61,130 bases of DNA, taken from positions 1-61,130 of the forward strand of contig JAAYSL010000076.1 of NCBI GenBank assembly GCA_012518315.1. Direction: 5' to 3'. This document shows, in pieces, positions 55,465-61,130 of this stretch. The translations under genes were made by a program, and so were the position numbers. Origin of the DNA: Bacillota bacterium (GTDB lineage Bacteria; Bacillota; Limnochordia; DTU087). Numbering within the stretch: the first letter of the stretch is position 1; each line of letters starts with the position of its first letter. The notes under the pieces were generated by a model that worked only from the letters and a program-made list of their open reading frames with translations, was not told where the DNA came from and did not search any database.

Positions 55465-56097
55465 CTAGACTCCAAATTGCCCCTTAACTAAGATCACCCG
55501 GGCAGGTGCTGCCTCTGCACCGACGATCTTTAAAGGAGCAGCTATAAGCAAGTAGTCTCCCTCTGGCACCTCAGCCAGTCGCAGTCCCTCAATGATCACA
55601 ATTCTCTCTTTTAGTAGCACCCGATGGGTGGGATGTCCAGGTTGGGCCCGTTCAATGCTTAGTGCATCAATTCCAATACCTTGCACTCCCTGCTTGACGA
55701 GATATTCCGCTCCCGTAGTATCAAGAAACACATACTCAGGATCAAATCTGTCGCTGAAAGAATTCCTGGTCTTAAGTAAGATGAATTCGCCAGCCTTAAG
55801 ACCTTTACCCTCAAGCTCCGCTGGTGTGATCTTGTCGGAGACATCGGTCATATCCAGCACCCGACACCGCCTTATGACCTCCTCTAGGGGCAGGGTATCG
55901 ATTTTATCCCCCTCCGGAATAAAGTGAAAGGGTGCATCCACATGGGTCCCTGTATGCATGTACAAAGTCAGACTCGTTTCCCGGGCACCTTGGGCGAAAT
56001 CCCTTATGACCGCAAGTTGTGGCCGATTCTCATCCCGTTCTTTATATACCGGCATCTCGGTATGAATTGGCATAGAAATATCGTAGACTTCTAACAC
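55465..56097 (-). CDS. Cyclase-family protein (kynurenine-formamidase-like)
   Basis: HTGTHVDAPFHF is the cyclase/arylformamidase metal motif. GTG 56097 follows GAAGAGG. The track ORF starts at 56151. Confidence 0.75.
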   Translation of the reverse strand: MLEVYDISMPIHTEMPVYKERDENRPQLAVIRDFAQGARETSLTLYMHTGTHVDAPFHFIPEGDKIDTLPLEEVIRRCRVLDMTDVSDKITPAELEGKGLKAGEFILLKTRNSFSDRFDPEYVFLDTTGAEYLVKQGVQGIGIDALSIERAQPGHPTHRVLLKERIVIIEGLRLAEVPEGDYLLIAAPLKIVGAEAAPARVILVKGQFGV

Positions 56098-56218
56098 TAA
56101 GCACCTCTTCTCCTTTCTCTGTGGAGCCCAAAATAATTCTTTAGGCCTCAAGGCTCATCAGAAGCTCACCCTGGGCATCAAGTATAGCAACACTTCTAAA
56201 GGCCATACATCGGAAAGA

Positions 56219-57763
56219 TTACACACCTTGAGGCCTTTCACTAAGCAGACACCGTAAGGGTAAAAGCCAACGGTGCCCCTCTTGAGCAAGCAACCTGTCC
56301 GCCGCCACCGGACCCCAGCTACCGGCTGGATAAGACTCGACGGGTGTGTCTGCCTCTTTCCATAGTAAAGCTATCTCATCGACGAAATTCCAGGCATATT
56401 CCACCTCATCCCAACGGGTAAACAGGGTAGAATCACCCCGCATTACATCTGCCAGTAACCGTTCATACGCCTCTGGAGAGTTGAGCCCCGCCCGGCAGTT
56501 CTGGCAGTAGTCCATTTTCACCGGCACTATGGTATCTTGGGTGCCTGGCTGTTTGGCATTAAGCTGCAGAAAAACACCTTCCTCCGGTTGAATCCTAATC
56601 ACCAGGAGATTCGGACCCAGGGCATGATGTTTTTGACCAAAATACAAGACTCCGGGCTGTTCTCTAAATCGGATGGTGATCTCGGCGGACCGAACTGGCA
56701 AGCGCTTACCGGTTCGAAGGTAAAAGGGCACCCCACTCCACCGGAAATTGTCAATATGAAGTTTTAGCGCCACAAAAGTTTCTGTATTGGAGTTAAGATT
56801 AACTCGCATTTCATCTCGGTATCCCACCACCGGCCTACCATCCACGATACCAGGACCATATTGCCCTCGGACAACCCGGTTAGTAAAGTTCCGCTGGTCA
56901 ATCCGGCGTAAAGAACGCAACACTTTCACCTTTTCGTCTCGAATGGAATCGGCATCCAGCGCCACCGGTGGCTCCATGGCCGTTAGGGTCAGGAGCTGCA
57001 ACATGTGGTTTTGCACCATATCTCTGAGAGCGCCCGCTGCTTCATAGTAGGTGCCCCGACCTTCTACCCCCACTGTTTCACTTACACTAATCTGCACTTG
57101 TTGGATATAGCGGCTGTTCCAAAGGGGTTCGAAGAGCGTGTTAGCGAAACGAATTACCATGAGATTCTGCAGCATTTCCTTACCTAGGTAGTGGTCAATC
57201 CGATATACACGTTTCTCACCAAAAGCTTCAGTAAGCCCTTGATTTAGCTCCCGGGCAGAGGCAAGATCCCGACCAAAGGGCTTCTCAACCACCACCCGCT
57301 GCCAGGTTCTCATGATATTGTTTTCCGCCATACCCTGACGATGCAAGTGACCAGCGATTGTGCCGAAATACTGAGGTGCCACTGCCAAAAAGAAAATCCG
57401 ATTGCCTCGGGTTCCATACATGTCATCAAGTTCCGTCAAGAAACTGCTCAGTCTTGGATAGGCCCCGGCATCATCAAAATCCATCTGCAGGTAATGGAGT
57501 CGCCCAAGAAGTGCATCAACAAGGCTGTCACTTTCCCTAGTCATGCCTTGCGCCATCGCTGCACTCTTCGCCTCTTCCCGCACAACCTCACTGGTCTTGT
57601 CTCTTCTGCCCACTGCTACTACCGCAAAACTCTGCGGTAGGCGCTCCTCGGAGGCAAGACTCGCCAATGCAGGATAGAGCTTTCGCCTAGTAAGATCCCC
57701 AGTAGCGCCGAAGATCACTAAAATACACGGTTCTAGCTCATAACCTTTGGTGATCGCCAACAA
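56219..57763 (-). CDS. zwf: Glucose-6-phosphate 1-dehydrogenase
   Basis: IFGATGDLTRRKLYPAL is the NADP site and RIDHYLGKE the active-site signature. The TTG start lies 6 nt after GGAGGGAGG. Confidence 0.9.
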   Translation of the reverse strand: MLAITKGYELEPCILVIFGATGDLTRRKLYPALASLASEERLPQSFAVVAVGRRDKTSEVVREEAKSAAMAQGMTRESDSLVDALLGRLHYLQMDFDDAGAYPRLSSFLTELDDMYGTRGNRIFFLAVAPQYFGTIAGHLHRQGMAENNIMRTWQRVVVEKPFGRDLASARELNQGLTEAFGEKRVYRIDHYLGKEMLQNLMVIRFANTLFEPLWNSRYIQQVQISVSETVGVEGRGTYYEAAGALRDMVQNHMLQLLTLTAMEPPVALDADSIRDEKVKVLRSLRRIDQRNFTNRVVRGQYGPGIVDGRPVVGYRDEMRVNLNSNTETFVALKLHIDNFRWSGVPFYLRTGKRLPVRSAEITIRFREQPGVLYFGQKHHALGPNLLVIRIQPEEGVFLQLNAKQPGTQDTIVPVKMDYCQNCRAGLNSPEAYERLLADVMRGDSTLFTRWDEVEYAWNFVDEIALLWKEADTPVESYPAGSWGPVAADRLLAQEGHRWLLPLRCLLSERPQGV

Positions 57764-57787
57764 CCATTACCTCCCTCCAAAGAAGAG

Positions 57788-59200
57788 TTACTTGGACCAC
57801 TCTGTATGGAAACTGCCGGGCCTATCAAGCCTCCGATAGGTATGGGCACCAAAGTAATCCCGCTGGGCTTGGAGCAAATTGGCCGGCAAGCGCTCTCGCC
57901 GATAGGCATCATAGTAAAAGAGCGCAGAACCAAACCCTGGAATCGGTATTCCAAAGGTAGCGGCTGTGGCGACTACGCGCCTTAGGCTAAGCTGCCCTTC
58001 ATTCAGTGCTGCTTTAAAATAAGGGTCAAGCATCAAATTCGTTAGTCCGGGACTACGGTGAAAAGCGGCAGCGATCTCATCCAGGAATCTAGCCCGAATG
58101 ATACAGCCTCCACGCCAGATAAGCGCGACCTGGCCTAAATCTAGGTCCCAAGCATAATGGTCACTAGCCCCCTTAAGCAGGGCAAACCCTTGAGCGTAAG
58201 AACAGATCTTTGATAGATAAAGAGCCTGCCGGATATCCTGAAGGAGCTTGGTCTTATCGTCTCCAAACTCCGTGTGGGGCCCAGCTAGAGACTTGGCTGC
58301 GGTAATCCTCTCAGTTTTCAAAGAAGAGACGGCCCTCGCAAAAACCGCTTCCGCAATGGTAGGTACTGGCACCCCCAATTCCATAGCTTCTTGGGCTGTC
58401 CATTTGCCGGTCCCTTTTTGCTCCGCCTCATCGAGAATCACATCAACTAGTGGTCGCCCAGTGAAATCATCTATTCGGAAAAGAATGTCCGCGGTAATCT
58501 CAATCAGGTAGGACTCTAGCTCCCCCTCATTCCATGCTTCAAAGACTTGCCCTATACCATCAGCGGACATGCCTAAGAGTTCTTGCATGAGGAAATAGGC
58601 TTCACTAATTAGCTGCATATCTCCATATTCAATGCCATTATGCACCATCTTCACGAAATGGCCCACACCGCCTGGACCCAAGTATGTACAGCAAGGCTCG
58701 TTCTGACCGGCCTTAGCCGCAATGGCAAGTAAGGGCTCCCGGACCAGGTCCCAGGCTGCTTTGTCTCCTCCAGGCATGATGCTTGGTCCCTTCAAAGCCC
58801 CTTCCTCACCTCCGGAAATACCGACTCCAAGATACAAGATGCCTTTTTCCTTTAGCATTTCATGACGGCGAATGGTATCTTTGAAATGAGAATTGCCGCC
58901 ATCCATAATTACATCACCTGCCTCCAGGACAGCCAGTAGCTCCTGGATAACGGCATCCACCGGCGAACCTGCCTTGACCATCAAGAGAACCTTCCGTGGC
59001 CGACAGAGCGCATCACCCAACTCTTCCCAAGAATAGGTACCGACAATCTCTTTATCTTGAGCCGGCCCTTTAATGAACTCATGGACTTTTTCGCTTCTGC
59101 GGTTATAGACTGCCACCCGGTAACCATGCCCGGCTAGATTAAGGGCTAGACTCTGACCCATTACTCCCAAACCAACCAAACCAATATCGGCTTTTTTCAC
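57788..59200 (-). CDS. gnd: 6-phosphogluconate dehydrogenase, decarboxylating
   Basis: IGLVGLGVMGQSLALN is the Rossmann fold. HFVKMVHNGIEYGDMQLI and GTGKWT are also present. Confidence 0.9.
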   Translation of the reverse strand: MKKADIGLVGLGVMGQSLALNLAGHGYRVAVYNRRSEKVHEFIKGPAQDKEIVGTYSWEELGDALCRPRKVLLMVKAGSPVDAVIQELLAVLEAGDVIMDGGNSHFKDTIRRHEMLKEKGILYLGVGISGGEEGALKGPSIMPGGDKAAWDLVREPLLAIAAKAGQNEPCCTYLGPGGVGHFVKMVHNGIEYGDMQLISEAYFLMQELLGMSADGIGQVFEAWNEGELESYLIEITADILFRIDDFTGRPLVDVILDEAEQKGTGKWTAQEAMELGVPVPTIAEAVFARAVSSLKTERITAAKSLAGPHTEFGDDKTKLLQDIRQALYLSKICSYAQGFALLKGASDHYAWDLDLGQVALIWRGGCIIRARFLDEIAAAFHRSPGLTNLMLDPYFKAALNEGQLSLRRVVATAATFGIPIPGFGSALFYYDAYRRERLPANLLQAQRDYFGAHTYRRLDRPGSFHTEWSK

Positions 59201-59241
59201 TATTTACATCACCCCTGAAGCTAGTTTTGCCAGATTGATAT

Positions 59242-60354
59242 CTAGGTATCTTGCTTTTGTTGGGAGCATAGCAGCATGACTTTGACTGTATTCACACCAT
59301 CTCGCATTACCTCTAGTGCCGTAACTGCCTCATCTATACCAAACCGGTGAGTAATTAGTTTCTCTACCTTGATTCTACCTTGAGCCAAAGCCTCTATAGC
59401 CATACTCCATTCTTTACCGGGAAAAGGTGGGGAGTAAGACATCCACGACCCCAGGATAGTGAGCTCCTTGCGTAGAATCATCTCAAAGGTGCGGGCAGGC
59501 ACATGAACATCCTTTTCTGCAGTGCCAACATAAAGTACGTTACCACTACTGGCAGCCATCTCAATAGACTGCACTTGGGTGATAGCCTTACCGGCCGTTT
59601 CTACCACTATATCTGCCATATGTCCACAAGTAGCCTCTTTTAATTGGGCCAAGGTTTCACGAGTTCCCTGACGACTATTCAACACCACATCAGCACCGGT
59701 TTGCTTGGCAATCTCTAGTTTGAAATCATCAATATCCACTGCTATTACTTGAGCGGCCCCTAAGAATTTAGCCCACTGGACAGCCAAAAGCCCAATGGTG
59801 CCGGTGCCAAGGACTACTACCCGGGAACCGGCCACCGCTACTCTCAAGAGAATGTGTAATGAGACTGTGGCTGGCTCCACCAGAGCTGCTTTTTCATAGG
59901 AAAGCTCCTTGGGTATCTTAAGAAGACATCGGCTAGGAACACTCACATATTCTGCCATACAGCCTTGCTGGCGAGAGCCGATAAAACTATATGACGTGCA
60001 AAGAGAATACATGCCCTGCTGACAGAACTGACAGTCTAGGCAAGGCACCAATGGGGCAATGGCAACCCTATCACCCACTTGCAGGTGACTAACCCCATGG
60101 CCAATCTCCACAACTTCTCCTGCAGCCTCATGGCCCACAACCACCGGATAAAAATGTGCGCCATCACCAAATGCCCTGGGAAGGTCAGAACCACAAATCC
60201 CACAAGCTTCAACCTTAACTAGTACCTCATTTGGCCCTGGGTTAGGCCTTGTTACAGTATCAATTCGAATATCTCCTGGGCCATGAATTGCCACGAGAGT
60301 CTTGCCGAGGGAGCCCACGCCTTTAGTCGTGGGGAGAATCGGCTTTATATCCAT
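59242..60354 (-). CDS. Zn-dependent medium-chain polyol/alcohol dehydrogenase (sorbitol-DH-like)
   Basis: CGICGSDLP and GHEAAGEV are catalytic Zn ligands. [15 protein letters not shown] is the structural Zn site and GTGTIGL the Rossmann fold. The start is uncertain: the track gives GTG 60363, ATG 60354 lies 6 nt after GAGGTG, and GTG 60318 is also possible. Confidence 0.85.
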   Translation of the reverse strand: MDIKPILPTTKGVGSLGKTLVAIHGPGDIRIDTVTRPNPGPNEVLVKVEACGICGSDLPRAFGDGAHFYPVVVGHEAAGEVVEIGHGVSHLQVGDRVAIAPLVPCLDCQFCQQGMYSLCTSYSFIGSRQQGCMAEYVSVPSRCLLKIPKELSYEKAALVEPATVSLHILLRVAVAGSRVVVLGTGTIGLLAVQWAKFLGAAQVIAVDIDDFKLEIAKQTGADVVLNSRQGTRETLAQLKEATCGHMADIVVETAGKAITQVQSIEMAASSGNVLYVGTAEKDVHVPARTFEMILRKELTILGSWMSYSPPFPGKEWSMAIEALAQGRIKVEKLITHRFGIDEAVTALEVMRDGVNTVKVMLLCSQQKQDT

Positions 60355-61130
60355 AGCCATCACCTCGATGTAATATGGTTAGATATTTAGGATGCACATC
60401 AAACCCATTCAGTCGAAAACTTGGTCTGAACCGAATTGCAATGCGGCCCGTATGAATTCCTTCATATTTCCCTTGCGGTATCTTAGCTCGAACAATGTCT
60501 CCCGTCTGAAAACCCATAAAGGATTTTGCCCTGGCAGCATGTCGGGTGGGGAACCCATATTTGTCCGTACCGCAACGTTGCCTGCGGCCATGTCCAGTTG
60601 CAGCGATCTGAAGCGGTATTACCCCTTCGATACTTAACTGCTCGGGAGTGCTTGTACCAACGCAAAGAGCGTCAATCCAGTGTTCCTTCGGCAACCTATG
60701 CCGAATTCTATTGTATTTGGTTTGTCCTCCTGTTCCAGTCTCAATATCTAAGCCAATTGATTTTAGACGCCGGAATAATGCCCAGCGTGTAGCATTCACA
60801 GCCGCAGCATCTTTTAAGGGCTCCTTGGCTCTTTGTTGTACCGAGGGGTAACCAAACTCAGCAGCTGTATTGGTCCCTTTGGCTAAATTACAGGGTTCGC
60901 AAGATAATGTTAAGTTACTTACTCTGTCACTGCCTCCCCGTGCTTTGGGAACGATATGCTCTACCTGCAACTGTACATTCGTAATGCCGCAGTAAGCACA
61001 CCTGCGTCCCCATTTTTCAAGCAGGTATTCTCGAACCTCATATCCAGCCAGTTCGCCTTGCTGGTATTCTACACCGCTTATCTCTGGATTTTGTAGTTTT
61101 TGAGTATCAAACTTCACAAGTTCCATAGAA
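60323..61130 (-). CDS. iscB: IscB-type RNA-guided nuclease (OMEGA system), C-terminal ~267 aa; 5' end lies beyond the window
   Basis: [51 protein letters not shown] is the HNH insert with CxxC..Cxx[14 protein letters not shown] and [11 protein letters not shown] form the RuvC-III His/Asp region. The tail [21 protein letters not shown] is TID-like. The frame is open to the window edge. Confidence 0.8.
   Translation of the reverse strand, partial: SMELVKFDTQKLQNPEISGVEYQQGELAGYEVREYLLEKWGRRCAYCGITNVQLQVEHIVPKARGGSDRVSNLTLSCEPCNLAKGTNTAAEFGYPSVQQRAKEPLKDAAAVNATRWALFRRLKSIGLDIETGTGGQTKYNRIRHRLPKEHWIDALCVGTSTPEQLSIEGVIPLQIAATGHGRRQRCGTDKYGFPTRHAARAKSFMGFQTGDIVRAKIPQGKYEGIHTGRIAIRFRPSFRLNGFDVHPKYLTILHRGDGYGYKADSPHD
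60323..61130 (-). mobile_element. Partial IS200/IS605-superfamily IscB element (no tnpA seen in the window)
   Basis: IscB genes are carried by IS200/IS605-type elements. Only the 3' portion of the gene is in the window. I cannot define the element ends from sequence alone. Confidence 0.5.

Overview
This 61.1-kb chromosomal window has roughly 50% GC by eye and about 60 densely packed protein genes, mostly on the minus strand. The gene content suggests an anaerobic, saccharolytic, probably spore-forming Firmicutes-like bacterium, but that taxon call is inference only. The ORF track reports longest ORFs and allows TTG and GTG starts, so I re-called many starts from Shine-Dalgarno (ribosome-binding) position.

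In order, the window contains:
- feoB (partial, missing from the ORF track) and a possible feoA.
- A BON-domain gene and an HD-domain gene.
- The trimeric [FeFe]-hydrogenase operon hydC-hydB-hydA, whose -10 promoter box overlaps a near-consensus Rex box.
- lgt, a HAD nucleotidase, an FmdB zinc ribbon, a split LysO-like exporter, nth and a class-V aminotransferase.
- Two TIM-barrel sugar isomerases and a GAF/HD-GYP phosphodiesterase.
- A MerR-HTH coiled-coil gene, then an rseC-like/liaF-like/pspC envelope module.
- A membrane-domain-NodB deacetylase fusion and a GNAT acetyltransferase.
- Two paralogous sugar ABC operons, with Gfo/Idh/MocA, URO-D-like, LarA_N-like and PdxA-like genes. They are separated by a roughly 1-kb decayed gene, possibly AraC-type.
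- An Old Yellow Enzyme (OYE) family pseudogene and a flavodoxin gene.
- A DUF134-DUF5320-metal ABC operon.
- MFS transporters and an alpha/beta hydrolase.
- A 4xLysM protein encoded by near-identical DNA repeats.
- A HEPN-MNT toxin-antitoxin pair and a divergent XRE regulator pair.
- GH42 and GH4 glycosidases and a THUMP methyltransferase.
- apbE next to an exported protein with two FMN_bind-like domains.
- An asparaginase, a cyclase, and adh-gnd-zwf.
- The C-terminal two thirds of an IscB (OMEGA) nuclease gene at the right edge.

I saw no rRNA, tRNA or CRISPR array by eye. I did not find a clearly self-contained, unknown multi-gene system. The best leads are:
- the IscB element abutting the adh-gnd-zwf operon;
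- the ApbE/PplA-like pair, whose flavinylation motif is non-canonical;
- the URO-D/LarA_N/PdxA sugar locus;
- the repeated CGAAACGTT operator-like motif;
- the DUF134-DUF5320 operon.

All family assignments rest on motifs I recognised by eye and need HMM or BLAST confirmation.
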